NCBI GenBank assembly: GCA_040218735.1 | Contig: JAVJQW010000023.1 | Coordinates: 352,001-416,000 of the forward strand | DNA from: Deltaproteobacteria bacterium | GTDB taxonomy: Bacteria > Myxococcota > Kuafuiibacteriia > Kuafuiibacteriales > Kuafuiibacteriaceae | Length of the DNA: 64,000 bases | Direction of reading: 5' to 3' | Shown here: in pieces, positions 9,307-18,912 of the stretch | Layout: each line of letters opens with the position of its first letter | Numbering within the stretch: position 1 is the first letter of the stretch | Position numbers and translations under genes: made by a program | Notes under the pieces: generated by a model | Told to the model about the DNA's origin: nothing | Databases searched by the model: none | What the model saw: the letters and a program-made list of their open reading frames with translations, nothing else

Positions 9307-10091
9307 TGAATGCCGAACTGCGGGCGCAGCGAACGCACCGCGCCCATGTCCGCGCTCTGGCTGCGGTGGGCCTTCGAGATCTCCAGCGCGACGTCCAGAC
9401 ACCACCGGCCCGGCGGGCCGCACGGTTTGTCGGACGTGAAGATCTCCGTGGGCGCTGGGTCGTCGCCACCGCCGGCGACCCGAAAGAACCAGTACTTGTT
9501 GAGCAGGTGATAGACGTAGGGGACGCGATGGGCGTCGGGGCCCTTCGAAGCGCGGCGGACGGCTTGGGTCGCGAAGCGGGAAGCGAGCTGGTGTTCGGGG
9601 TGGCCCGTGAACCCATTGTGGGGATCGAAGGTGATGACCACAGTGGGTTTGAACTCACGGATGAGTTTCTCCAGACGTTCACCCGGGTGACCGTCCGCGA
9701 TCCATTTTTCTGCGAGCTCCTGGCGCGTCGGGAAGCTACTCACCGGGAGCGGCGCATTGTAATAACGCCAGTGCACGAGCTTCGCACCCATCGCGTGCGC
9801 GACGTGGGTCAGCTCGACCGAACGCACAGCGCCGACGCTCGGCTCACACCCCTCGGGGCGCAAACACTCACCGCCGTCGCCGGCGTTCATCACCGCGAAG
9901 AGGCATGGGGTCTTGTGCCCGATGCACGCCCGCGCGAGGACGGGGCCGCCGAGCATCTCGTCGTCCGGGTGCGCCGCGACCCACATGACACGCGCATCCT
10001 CCGCGGCGAAGACGTCGTCGATCGTCGGCGGAACCGCGGGCTCGGGGACGGTGACACACGCCGTGAACAGGAGCGGGAGCAGGCGCTTCAC
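9249..10091 (-). CDS. PIG-L/LmbE family deacetylase, lipoprotein
   Basis: AHPDDE, GHPEH, AHRSQ motifs; lipobox FTAC. Confidence 0.88.
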   Translation of the reverse strand: MKRLLPLLFTACVTVPEPAVPPTIDDVFAAEDARVMWVAAHPDDEMLGGPVLARACIGHKTPCLFAVMNAGDGGECLRPEGCEPSVGAVRSVELTHVAHAMGAKLVHWRYYNAPLPVSSFPTRQELAEKWIADGHPGERLEKLIREFKPTVVITFDPHNGFTGHPEHQLASRFATQAVRRASKGPDAHRVPYVYHLLNKYWFFRVAGGGDDPAPTEIFTSDKPCGPPGRWCLDVALEISKAHRSQSADMGAVRSLRPQFGIHYLRRIDPFDLELAPEPTQ

Positions 10092-10798
10092 GGCAGCTTC
10101 ACTCCCAGCGCCTCCAGCTCGGCCTCGGCGCGCTCCGCCCAGCCGCGGTTGGCGATCGGGCTCGCCGGGCTCGGGTGCAGGATGCGGCCGATCGGGACGT
10201 CCATGCCGTCGAGCGCCAGCTGCAGGCGCTTCTCCGCGAACGCTCCGACGCCGATCGCCATCTTGGGTTTCAGCAGCGTGATGGTGTCGCGGAGCGCCCG
10301 GTCGCAGATCTCGAGCAGTGGCGTGCGCTCTTCGACCGGGAGTTTGTCGGGCGTTCGGTTCTTGCCGCTCGCCTCCATGAACACCAGTGGGCAGTAGTTA
10401 CCGACGTAGAAGCGCGAGAAGAACTTGTCGGCGTCGCCGAAGCGGTCGCGTGCCCACCCCCAGATGCGCGCGCCGCTGACTTCGCTGCGCTGGCAGTCGA
10501 AGCCTTCGATCGGGCGCTTCGGGTGTTCGTTCTTGGGTTTCTTCACCTTGCCGGTGATGCCGATCCAGTCGCGCGCGAGGTTGACCTCGCCGAACGGGAC
10601 GCCGGTCTGCGCCATGCCCCACGGTCCGGGGTTCATGCCGAGGAGCACGTACTCACGCGTTCCGTCGAAGCGCGACAGGTACTGTTGGTGCGGCGCCCAC
10701 GCGTACTGGAGCGGGTCGTAGACGTGGGTGACGGGTTCGGCGAACTCGAGTGGCGCGAGCTGCTTGCTCATGCGCTTGGCGATCTTCTCCAGCGACAT
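10088..10798 (-). CDS. SMUG1-type (family 3) uracil-DNA glycosylase
   Basis: GMNPGPWGMAQTGVPFG, RSEVSG, NYCPL, HPSPASP motifs. Confidence 0.92.
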   Translation of the reverse strand: MSLEKIAKRMSKQLAPLEFAEPVTHVYDPLQYAWAPHQQYLSRFDGTREYVLLGMNPGPWGMAQTGVPFGEVNLARDWIGITGKVKKPKNEHPKRPIEGFDCQRSEVSGARIWGWARDRFGDADKFFSRFYVGNYCPLVFMEASGKNRTPDKLPVEERTPLLEICDRALRDTITLLKPKMAIGVGAFAEKRLQLALDGMDVPIGRILHPSPASPIANRGWAERAEAELEALGVKLP

Positions 10799-10800
10799 CT

Positions 10801-11763
10801 TCAGTTCATCCCCCGAATGATGCGGAGCTGCTCTTCGAGGTCGAGCGTCTCCTTCTCCCAGTACACCTCGCTGTTGAAGTGCGGGAACGATCGCGGAAAC
10901 GCCGGATCCTTCCAGCGACGCGCAATCCAGCCTGCATAACGAACGTAGCGGAGCGCGCGGAGGGGCTCGACGAGCCCGAGCCACCGCGGCTCGAACTCCC
11001 GGAACTGGCGGTACGCGTCGATGAACACTTCGCGCTGGCGTGCGCCCTCCGCGTCGCGCCCCGGAACGAGGAGCCACACGTCCTGCACGGCGGGGCCCTC
11101 GACGAAGTCGTCGAAGTCGAGGAAGAACCAACCGTCGCGTCCATTCAGTAGATTGCCGTGGTGGCAGTCGGCGTGGATGCGGTGGATCGGGACGTCCTCG
11201 GCGAGCTCGTCGTAGACGTCGGCGACGGCTTCGACCGCGGCGGCGTATCGCTTCGCCCACTGCGGCGGCAAGAAGCCTTGCTCCTCGATGTAGTCGAGCG
11301 CGTCCAGCGCGTAGGTCTCGCCGTCGAGCGTCCCGCGGTGCTGCGCCGGCTTGAGCGCGCCGACGTTGTGGATGCGCGCGACGAGGCGACCGAGGATCTC
11401 GACCTGCTCGTCGGAGAGCTCCTCCGGCGAGCGCCCGCCGGTACGAGGCCACACTGCGTAGTAGATGCCTTCGACTTCGTGCAGCGACTCACCGTCCGCG
11501 AAGCGCAGCGGAGCGCAGACGGGGATTTCGGCGTCGGCGAGATCGAAGAGGAGCTGGTGCTCTTCGAGGATCGCCTCCTTCGACCAGCGGCCGGGGCGGT
11601 AGAACTTCGTGACGACGTGTGACTCGTCTTCGAGCATCAGATCGTAGACGCGGTTCTCCAGGCAGTGGAGCGCCATGATGTGACCGGTCGGGTCGAAGCC
11701 GCCGGCTTCCACGGCACGGATCACCCAGTCGGGGGTCAGAGCGAAGAACAGATCCGTGCTCAT
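10801..11763 (-). CDS. srkA: Stress-response Ser/Thr kinase SrkA/RdoA (YihE)
   Basis: ENRVY, KFYRPGRW, HADCHHGN, DFDD, RWKDPAFP motifs. Confidence 0.9.
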   Translation of the reverse strand: MSTDLFFALTPDWVIRAVEAGGFDPTGHIMALHCLENRVYDLMLEDESHVVTKFYRPGRWSKEAILEEHQLLFDLADAEIPVCAPLRFADGESLHEVEGIYYAVWPRTGGRSPEELSDEQVEILGRLVARIHNVGALKPAQHRGTLDGETYALDALDYIEEQGFLPPQWAKRYAAAVEAVADVYDELAEDVPIHRIHADCHHGNLLNGRDGWFFLDFDDFVEGPAVQDVWLLVPGRDAEGARQREVFIDAYRQFREFEPRWLGLVEPLRALRYVRYAGWIARRWKDPAFPRSFPHFNSEVYWEKETLDLEEQLRIIRGMN

Positions 11764-11788
11764 GCCCGCTCGGCATAGAGGCCGCGTC

Positions 11789-13264
11789 CTATCGACGCAA
11801 GCGGTAACGCTTCGGGTCGATCTCGAAGCGCCGGATCCGAAGGCCCATCTTACGTTCCGTGAGGCCCAACGACCGCGCCGCCTCGGCCATGTTGCCGCGG
11901 GAGGTCTTGAGGGCGTCGTGGATGAGATCGCGCTCGACCGCGGCGAGGGTCGCTTCGAGGCCGGCTTGCGGCGACGTGCCGGTCGCCTCCGCGGTCTGGA
12001 GCGTCGGCGGGAGGTGGTGCGCGTGGATCACGCCGTCGCGCGTGAGGAGCACGGCGCGCTCGATGCAGTTCTCGAGCTCTCGGACGTTGCCCGGCCAGTG
12101 ATAGACCATGAGCATGTCGATCGCCTGACTCGTGATCCGCTGGATGTCCTTGCCGAGCTGCTTCGCGTACTTCTCCACGAACGCGTCGGCGAGCAGGAGG
12201 ATGTCGGTGCGGCGTTCGCGCAGCGGCGGCACATGGATCGGGAACACCGCGAGGCGGTAGTAGAGGTCCTGGCGGAACGAACCGTCCGCCATCAGCGCCT
12301 CGAGATCGCGGTTGGTCGCGGCGACGATGCGGACGTCGGAGGTGATGGTGCGGTTGCCGCCGACGCGTTCGAACGACTTCTCCTGGAGCACACGCAGCAA
12401 CATGATCTGCGTGCTCGCGGGGAAGTCGCCGATCTCGTCGAGGAAGATCGTGCCGCCATCTGCGACTTCGAAGCGCCCCTTTCGCTCGGCGGCGGCGCCG
12501 GTGAACGCGCCCTTCTCGTGCCCGAACAGCTCGCTCTCGAGGACACCGGCCGCGAGCGCGGCGCAGTTCACCTTGATGAGCGGGCCGCTCTTGCGCGCCG
12601 ACGCGTAGTGGATCGCGTTGGCGACGAGCTCCTTGCCCACGCCGCTCTCACCGCGGATCAGGACGGTAGCGTCGCTCTCCGCGACGGTGTGCACCATCTC
12701 GATGATCGGTTTGATCGCACGGGACCGGCCGAGGATGCTCGCGGGGCCGACCTCGATCTGCTCCTCGACCTCCGCGACCGACTGCCGGGAGGCGGCGGTC
12801 TGCGCGATCATCGTGGCCACGATGCCAAGGACTTCGACGAGCCGTTCGAGCTCGCGCAGCTTCGCGCTCGGGACGTCGACCGAGAGGGCGCCGATCGCGT
12901 GGTCGTCGATCACGATCGGGACGCAAACGAAGGACGCGTCGGCGTTGCTGTGCGCGCCGGTGCGGTTCAGGAACTCGGGGTCGTCGTCGATCCGCTCGAG
13001 GATCACGGGGCGCTGCGTGCGGACGACGTTGCCGGTGACACCCTCGCCGACTTGGTAGCGCCCGCGGTTTTGCTCGTCGGGGGTCAGCCCGTACGCAGCG
13101 TCGATCTGGATTTCCTTCGTGTCGCGATTCAGGAGGGCGATGGCCGCGCGGACGACGCCGAGCTGTTGGGCGAGGAGCGCCAGGAGGTCCTCGAGGACGC
13201 CGTCGAGATCGACGGTCCCGCGGACGCGCCGAGAGACCTCGGCGAGGAGGGGGAGCGCTTCCAT
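11789..13264 (-). CDS. NifA-like sigma54-dependent activator (GAF-AAA+-HTH)
   Basis: GAF with Y..GEGVTG, GESGVGKE, ESELFGHEKGAFTGA, FLDEIG, WPGNVRELEN and C-terminal HTH. Confidence 0.92.
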   Translation of the reverse strand: MEALPLLAEVSRRVRGTVDLDGVLEDLLALLAQQLGVVRAAIALLNRDTKEIQIDAAYGLTPDEQNRGRYQVGEGVTGNVVRTQRPVILERIDDDPEFLNRTGAHSNADASFVCVPIVIDDHAIGALSVDVPSAKLRELERLVEVLGIVATMIAQTAASRQSVAEVEEQIEVGPASILGRSRAIKPIIEMVHTVAESDATVLIRGESGVGKELVANAIHYASARKSGPLIKVNCAALAAGVLESELFGHEKGAFTGAAAERKGRFEVADGGTIFLDEIGDFPASTQIMLLRVLQEKSFERVGGNRTITSDVRIVAATNRDLEALMADGSFRQDLYYRLAVFPIHVPPLRERRTDILLLADAFVEKYAKQLGKDIQRITSQAIDMLMVYHWPGNVRELENCIERAVLLTRDGVIHAHHLPPTLQTAEATGTSPQAGLEATLAAVERDLIHDALKTSRGNMAEAARSLGLTERKMGLRIRRFEIDPKRYRLRR

Positions 13265-13310
13265 CGGGGATCGGACCCTCCGGGCTCCACCCCATCGAGT
13301 CAACGTTGTT

Positions 13311-13347
13311 CCTACGTTTTGGTAGGGTGCATCTGCAAAAACCTACG
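13311..13347. promoter_or_regulatory. Putative enhancer (UAS) sites for the NifA-like activator
   Basis: Palindrome CCTAC-N6-GTAGG at 13311-13326 and a degenerate copy TCTGC-AAAAAC-CTACG starting 21 bp further on. Confidence 0.55.
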
Positions 13348-13387
13348 CAGACGTCGTCCTGGACCGCGGATCTGACCCTCTATAACG

Positions 13388-13402
13388 CGGTACGTCGATT
13401 GC
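13388..13402 (+). promoter_or_regulatory. sigma54 -24/-12 promoter of amt
   Basis: CGGTACGTCGATTGC = GG-N10-GC with TTGC, next to a divergent bEBP gene. Confidence 0.75.
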
Positions 13403-13416
13403 GTTAGGGTGGCCTC

Positions 13417-14847
13417 ATGCACCGCGTCATCGCGTTTACCCTCGTAACTCTGGCCGCTACGCCGGCCTTCGCGGACACGCCGTCCGAAACGAAGGTCGCC
13501 CTCGACACCGTTTGGGTCGTCCTCGCCGGGATGCTCGTCTTCTTCATGAACGCCGGCTTCGGCCTCCTCGAAGCGGGGCTCTGTCGCGCGAAGAACGCGG
13601 TGAACATCCTCGCCAAGAATTTCACTGTGGCCGCGTTCGCGGGGCTCGCCTTCTTCTTCGTGGGCTTCGGCCTGATGTTCGCGGACGGCAACGGCTTCCT
13701 CGGTATGGGCGGCTGGATGATCGGCGGCGCCGACAACAGCCCGCTGTCGGGCGACGACTACGTCGGCGTCTTCTCGTCCCTGTCCTGGGCGACGATCCCG
13801 CTCGAAGCGAAGTTCTTCTTCCAGGCCTGCTTCGCGATGGCGGCGGCGTCGATCGTTTCGGGCGCGGTCGCCGAGCGCATCAAGTTCCCCTCCTTCATCG
13901 CGTTCAGCGTGGTGCTCGTGTCGCTGGTCTACGCGATCACGGGGCACTGGATCTGGGGCGGCGGCTGGCTCGCGTCGATGGGTTTTTGGGACTTCGCCGG
14001 TTCGACGCAGGTCCACTCCGTGGGTGGTTGGGCCGCGCTGACCGGCGCGATCATCCTCGGGGCGCGCACCGGCAAGTTCGACAAGAAGGGCAACGTGCGC
14101 GCGATCCCCGGCCACAGCATGGCGCTCGCGACGACCGGTGGCTTCATCCTCTGGCTCGGTTGGTTCGGTTTCAACGCAGGGAGCACGATGGCCGCCGACG
14201 CGACGGCGATCGCCCACGTGGTCACGACCACGATGCTCGCGTCGCTCGCCGGGATCTCCGGCGCGATGGCCGGCTCGTACCTGCGCACCAAGAAGTTCGA
14301 CCTCTCGATGATGATCAACGGCTGCCTCGCCGGCCTGGTCGGCATTACCGCCGGCTGCGCGTTCGTCTCGGCGGGTTCGTCGGTGATCATCGGCTTCGTC
14401 GCGGGCGCGCTCGCGGTCGCGGCGGTGGAGGTCTTCGACCGCGCGAAGGTCGACGACCCGGTCGGCGCGATCAGCGTCCACCTCGTCGGCGGCATCTGGG
14501 GCACGCTCGCGATCGGGCTATTCGCCGAGGCGACCTTCTCGGCGGACGTCGGCAACGGCCTCTTCTTCGGCGGCGGCCTCGGCCTGCTCGGCGCCCAGGC
14601 GCTTGGTGTGGCGGTGGTCGGCGCGTTCGTGGTGAGCGTCTCCGTCGCGCTCTGGCTCGGCATCCGCGCCTCGATCGGCCTTCGGGTCGACGCCGAGGAA
14701 GAGTACGTCGGTCTCGACGTCGCGGAGATGGGCATGCGCGCCTACGTCAACGAGGACATCGTTGGCATGCGCGCCGTGCCGCCGGAGATGGTACCGCCGC
14801 TGTCGGTCGTGGAGCCGAAGCCCGCCAAGATCGCCGAAGCGGAGTGA
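13417..14847 (+). CDS. amt: Ammonium transporter (Amt family)
   Basis: FFMNAGFGLLEAG, SGAVAER, DFAGSTQVH, GWFGFN, DDPVGAISVH (twin His intact). Confidence 0.96.
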   Translation: MHRVIAFTLVTLAATPAFADTPSETKVALDTVWVVLAGMLVFFMNAGFGLLEAGLCRAKNAVNILAKNFTVAAFAGLAFFFVGFGLMFADGNGFLGMGGWMIGGADNSPLSGDDYVGVFSSLSWATIPLEAKFFFQACFAMAAASIVSGAVAERIKFPSFIAFSVVLVSLVYAITGHWIWGGGWLASMGFWDFAGSTQVHSVGGWAALTGAIILGARTGKFDKKGNVRAIPGHSMALATTGGFILWLGWFGFNAGSTMAADATAIAHVVTTTMLASLAGISGAMAGSYLRTKKFDLSMMINGCLAGLVGITAGCAFVSAGSSVIIGFVAGALAVAAVEVFDRAKVDDPVGAISVHLVGGIWGTLAIGLFAEATFSADVGNGLFFGGGLGLLGAQALGVAVVGAFVVSVSVALWLGIRASIGLRVDAEEEYVGLDVAEMGMRAYVNEDIVGMRAVPPEMVPPLSVVEPKPAKIAEAE

Positions 14848-14881
14848 TCGAAAGTGCGTCTGGGGTGCACAATGACGGCGA

Positions 14882-16207
14882 GTGGGCAGAATCGCGATCC
14901 TCGCGCCTATCGCCAGTGCGCTAATTAGCGTCGCTTCACCGGCGGTTGGCGCTCGTACGGACAAAGTCGTCCTCCTCCGGCTTAGGACGCCAGGCGTCCA
15001 GCGGGCCACTGGGGAACGACTGAGCGCCATTCTCGGAGCGGTCGTAGCCGACGCGACCGAAAAGCTCGGCCGGGAGACAATCGCCCCCGACGACATCGAA
15101 GCCATGGTCGAGCACGAGCGCATGAAGTCCGTGCTCGATTGTCGTGATGATGCAGCCTGCCTCGCAGAGATCGGTGGGGCGCTCGGCGCAGACCTCCTGC
15201 TTCACGGAGCCATCGTGCCATTTGGAGACACGTTCAGTCTGTCGCTCACGTTGATCGACATCGCCAATGCTAAGGTGATTCGCCGATTCGAAGGGCGCGC
15301 CGCACACCCAGACGCCCTCCCTGCCACGGCGACGCGCGGCACTCACGCGCTCTTCTCCTCGGCGACTCCTTTCGGAGCCGGATTGCTACTAGTCGAGACC
15401 GAGCCACCGGGAGCGCAAGTTCGACTCGACGGGAGAGAACTCGGGAAGGCTCCCGTCGTCGTGGATGAAATCGTCGCGGGTGAACATCTGGTGGAGGCCA
15501 CCGACGGGACTATGTTTGCCCGACAGATCGTTCATGTTCGCCCCGACACCGTTACAAAAGCCGAGATAGACCTCGCAACGAGCATCCGCGTCGCACTACA
15601 GGTCTTGTCTACGCCGCCCCTTGCGGATGTCTATCTCGACGGGGACCTAGTCGGTAAAACGCCGCTACAGCTAAACGAACTACCTCCGAAACGGTACAAC
15701 TTTGTCGTTCGACGTGATGGGTATCATGAGTCTAAGGGGTCGTTCGTTCTGTCGCGAGAGAAGTTCGAGGCGAACGACCGGGTCCCGTTCAGGGTTGATA
15801 TTTCCTTAGAGGCCATGCGCGAGGTCGACACTCGAATCTCATACTCGATTCGTTCCGGCTTCGTGTTCGATGGGCGTTACCCAGGCGACGGCGTCGCGCT
15901 ACAGATTCAAGGCGGCATCTTTCTCCTCCCGTGGCTTGAGATATCTGCCGGCTACGTATACCCCCAATCAATCCCCCTGTCCGTGCGCATATGGTGGGGC
16001 ACGAGTCTGGCCTTCGCGTTCATCGCGCAAGGCGTTTTGGATCTCACAGTTGCTTCAGTCTATCCACAGTTGGGAATGGCATGCGGGCCCACATTCGAGA
16101 CGAGCTGGGGGCGTCTGGCGATCACGGGCGAGGTGCAAGTCAGCTTTGATCATTATCAGTCAGCTGTCTCCTTCCCTATGGCGATCCTTGCGAGTTGGAG
16201 ATTCTAG
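14882..16207 (+). CDS. Secreted PEGA-domain protein (2 PEGA) with C-terminal beta-strands, in low-GC islet
   Basis: C...C..EIGGALGAD N-domain, TEPPGAQVRLDG and STPPLADVYLDG PEGA repeats, terminal SWRF. Confidence 0.8.
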   Translation: MGRIAILAPIASALISVASPAVGARTDKVVLLRLRTPGVQRATGERLSAILGAVVADATEKLGRETIAPDDIEAMVEHERMKSVLDCRDDAACLAEIGGALGADLLLHGAIVPFGDTFSLSLTLIDIANAKVIRRFEGRAAHPDALPATATRGTHALFSSATPFGAGLLLVETEPPGAQVRLDGRELGKAPVVVDEIVAGEHLVEATDGTMFARQIVHVRPDTVTKAEIDLATSIRVALQVLSTPPLADVYLDGDLVGKTPLQLNELPPKRYNFVVRRDGYHESKGSFVLSREKFEANDRVPFRVDISLEAMREVDTRISYSIRSGFVFDGRYPGDGVALQIQGGIFLLPWLEISAGYVYPQSIPLSVRIWWGTSLAFAFIAQGVLDLTVASVYPQLGMACGPTFETSWGRLAITGEVQVSFDHYQSAVSFPMAILASWRF

Positions 16208-17163
16208 TGAAACGCTCAGCAGCTCTCGTCTCCGCTATCGTATGTGCCGGTTGTCTGGATCGCAGCCCCTATGGCGGGCCGGCGGAGTTTGTCGCAGACC
16301 ACGATGACTCTTTGCTGGTCATCGCGCTTCTCCCGGATGGAGGAGATGTCTGGTGGATTCTCCAAGAGCGGGTCACCACGACGCAGTTTGCCCCGAAAAC
16401 GTTGCTCGCAAGCTCTCGAGAGCCCGAAGCAGCCATCGATCTTCGTCTAAACTACCGATTCGACGGGCAGTCATATCTAGAGCTAACCCAAACGCAGTCG
16501 TTCCTCTTGGTGACGAACGACTCAGGAACCATCCTCATCGACAAAGAGAGTCGAGTTCAAAACCCGTACGGGTTTCCGCCAGGCCCACTAGAAATCCAGG
16601 ACGGTGTTCTCTACTTCTCCCGCGGCCCTGAGTTCAGAAGAGCGGCCATTGCACACGACTCCATAGTGCAGCAAACCACCGTGACCGAACTCCACTTCAG
16701 CCCGGTCGACATCATAGTGCGCAACGAAACACTGTTTGCGTTGAGTCTAGATGGGTCGCTCACCTCGATTGGTCTCGACGGGTACGGCTCCGTCGACCTT
16801 CCCTTCGAGGGCCAAATAGAAGCTCAACGTCCTTCGCTGGCCGCTTCGACAGACTTCGTCGTCCGACAGGCCGGCGACACCCTGACTGTCGTCCGAGGTG
16901 TCGATCGCGTAGTGATCGGAGAGGCGAAACTCCCGGGGTTGTCTACGGCTGCAGTCGCGCCGAGCGGAAGGATCGCGCTGGGACGACAGGAAGAACTCTA
17001 TGTGACTCATGTCTTGGACCTGATGCCCAATTTCGAGCGTGATACGGTCACACCAGCCCAGGACATCGGAGGTAGTCGAGAGATTACTGCCGTAGCGATC
17101 GACGACAACTACGTCTACTGGGCCGACGGCGATCGAAGCACGATCTACAGACGCCGTCACTAG
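16207..17163 (+). CDS. Hypothetical lipoprotein, probable beta-propeller, in low-GC islet
   Basis: GTG overlapping the upstream TAG, lipobox CAGC, AVAIDDNYVYWAD propeller blade motif. Confidence 0.6.
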   Translation: MKRSAALVSAIVCAGCLDRSPYGGPAEFVADHDDSLLVIALLPDGGDVWWILQERVTTTQFAPKTLLASSREPEAAIDLRLNYRFDGQSYLELTQTQSFLLVTNDSGTILIDKESRVQNPYGFPPGPLEIQDGVLYFSRGPEFRRAAIAHDSIVQQTTVTELHFSPVDIIVRNETLFALSLDGSLTSIGLDGYGSVDLPFEGQIEAQRPSLAASTDFVVRQAGDTLTVVRGVDRVVIGEAKLPGLSTAAVAPSGRIALGRQEELYVTHVLDLMPNFERDTVTPAQDIGGSREITAVAIDDNYVYWADGDRSTIYRRRH

Positions 17164-17221
17164 CTGCCCTCACCTTTGGGGTGGAGACGACCACCGACTC
17201 CGCCTACAATCCGCGCCGCTC

Positions 17222-18022
17222 ATGTCCGACGTCTTTACGATCCAGAACCTCGCGAACCTCGGCGTCCTGATCTTCCTGCAGGCCGTGCTCGGGTTCGACA
17301 ACCTTCTGTACATCTCGATCGAGTCTCAGCGCGCCCCCGAGGAATCGCAGAAGAAGGTGCGCCGCAACGGCATCCTCATCGCGATCGCGCTCCGCATCGT
17401 GTTGCTGTTCGTGATGATCAAATTGATCGACCTGCTCGAAGAGCCGTTCTTCTCCCTGCACTGGACCGGCGTCCTGGAGGGGTCGTTCAACTTCTCCGTG
17501 ATCGTCTTCCTGCTCGGCGGCGGCTTCATCATGTACACGGCCGTCAAAGAGATCTCGCACATGCTGTCGATCGAAGATCTCGAAACGAAGCTCAGCGAGG
17601 GCACCAAGAAGACCGCCGGTCAGGTGATCTTCATGATCGTCACGATGAACCTCGTGTTCAGCTTCGACTCGATCCTCTCGGCGCTCGCGATCACCAAGGT
17701 CTTCGTCGTCCTCGCCGCGGCGATCGTCACCTCCGGCATCCTGATGCTCGTCCTCTCCGACCAGGTGTCGACGTTCCTCAAGAAGAACCGCAAGTACGAG
17801 GTGCTCGGCCTCTTCATCCTCCTGATCGTCGGCGTCGTCCTCCTCGGCGAGGGCGGCCACGTCGCGCACCTGAAGCTCTTCGGCCACAAGGTCGAGCCAA
17901 TGGCGAAGTCGACCTTCTACTTCTCGATCGCGGTGCTGGTCGCCGTGGACATCATCCAGTCCGGCTACCAGAAGAAACTCGACGCCGAGCGCAAGGCACA
18001 GCAGGCCGCCTCCGGCGCGTGA
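17222..18022 (+). CDS. TerC family membrane protein
   Basis: VLGFDNL, GG.FI.YTAVKEI, NLVFSFDSILSA motifs. Confidence 0.9.
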   Translation: MSDVFTIQNLANLGVLIFLQAVLGFDNLLYISIESQRAPEESQKKVRRNGILIAIALRIVLLFVMIKLIDLLEEPFFSLHWTGVLEGSFNFSVIVFLLGGGFIMYTAVKEISHMLSIEDLETKLSEGTKKTAGQVIFMIVTMNLVFSFDSILSALAITKVFVVLAAAIVTSGILMLVLSDQVSTFLKKNRKYEVLGLFILLIVGVVLLGEGGHVAHLKLFGHKVEPMAKSTFYFSIAVLVAVDIIQSGYQKKLDAERKAQQAASGA

Positions 18023-18037
18023 GCCTCCCCGCGTAGA

Positions 18038-18895
18038 TCAGGCCGCCGACGACGTCGGCTCGCGTACGAAGTCCGTCACCATCTTCGCCAGCGCACGCGG
18101 CGCCTCCAGGTACGGGCTGTGCCCAAACCGCTCCGGCTCCACCACCCGCGAGTGCTCCGGCAAGTGCGCGCGGAAGAAGTCGAGGTTCGCCCGCGGGAGG
18201 ATCTCGTCCTCCCGGCCCCACACACAGAGCGTCGGCACCGTAAGACGCGCGAGGTCGTCCGGGGTCAGCAGCTCGTCGGTGCGCACCGCGTCCAGCACCG
18301 CGAGGAGGTCCGCGCGCGACAGCCGACGCCGCACCGACACCGCGAACAGGTGTCGCAGTCGCGAGCGCTCGCCCATCAACCGGTCCACGAACTCGAGCGC
18401 GTCCCCGTGGCTGTTCACGTGGAAGATCTTCCGAAGCTCGTCGAGCATCTGCTGATCCATCGCCGCGCCGCCGGGCGAGATCAGCGCGAGCTTCTTCACG
18501 TTCTGCGGCGCGTGCAGCGCGTACCGAAGCGCGATGAAGCCGCCCATCGAGTTGCCGAACAACACGACGGGCTCCCGGATGATGTCGTCGAGCGCCGCGA
18601 AGATCCCGTCGAGGAGCACCTGCGGATCGAGCACGCCCCTCGGCACCTCCGAGAACCCGTGCCCCGGGAGATCGATCGCGACCAGGCGCTGCACCGAAGG
18701 CTTGAAGTGCCGCAACACCGGCGCGAGCTGGACGGCCGACGCCGAGAACCCGTGCAGCAACACGTGCGGTGGGAGGTCTCCGTCACCTCGACCGAACAGG
18801 TAGTGGACGCGCCCAACCGGCGTGCGCACCTGACTGCTCGCATAACCACGCGCGAGCAGGACGCGCCGCATGACTCGCTCGGATACCGTGGCCAT
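18038..18895 (-). CDS. Alpha/beta hydrolase
   Basis: LLHGF, DLPGHG, GNSMGG, WGRED, GHSP. Confidence 0.92.
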   Translation of the reverse strand: MATVSERVMRRVLLARGYASSQVRTPVGRVHYLFGRGDGDLPPHVLLHGFSASAVQLAPVLRHFKPSVQRLVAIDLPGHGFSEVPRGVLDPQVLLDGIFAALDDIIREPVVLFGNSMGGFIALRYALHAPQNVKKLALISPGGAAMDQQMLDELRKIFHVNSHGDALEFVDRLMGERSRLRHLFAVSVRRRLSRADLLAVLDAVRTDELLTPDDLARLTVPTLCVWGREDEILPRANLDFFRAHLPEHSRVVEPERFGHSPYLEAPRALAKMVTDFVREPTSSAA

Positions 18896-18912
18896 CCCCT
18901 GTCGTTACCCGA

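Noticed and set aside
11789-13264. Nitrogen-fixation locus
   Set aside because: No nifHDK or other nif genes in the window; only the regulator architecture is NifA-like
14850-17170. Mobile element or prophage remnant
   Set aside because: No integrase, transposase, tRNA target or convincing flanking repeats; kept only as a compositional islet
17164-17221. yybP-ykoY riboswitch upstream of terC
   Set aside because: The gap is only 58 nt, with a -10 box 11 nt from the ATG; no room for it
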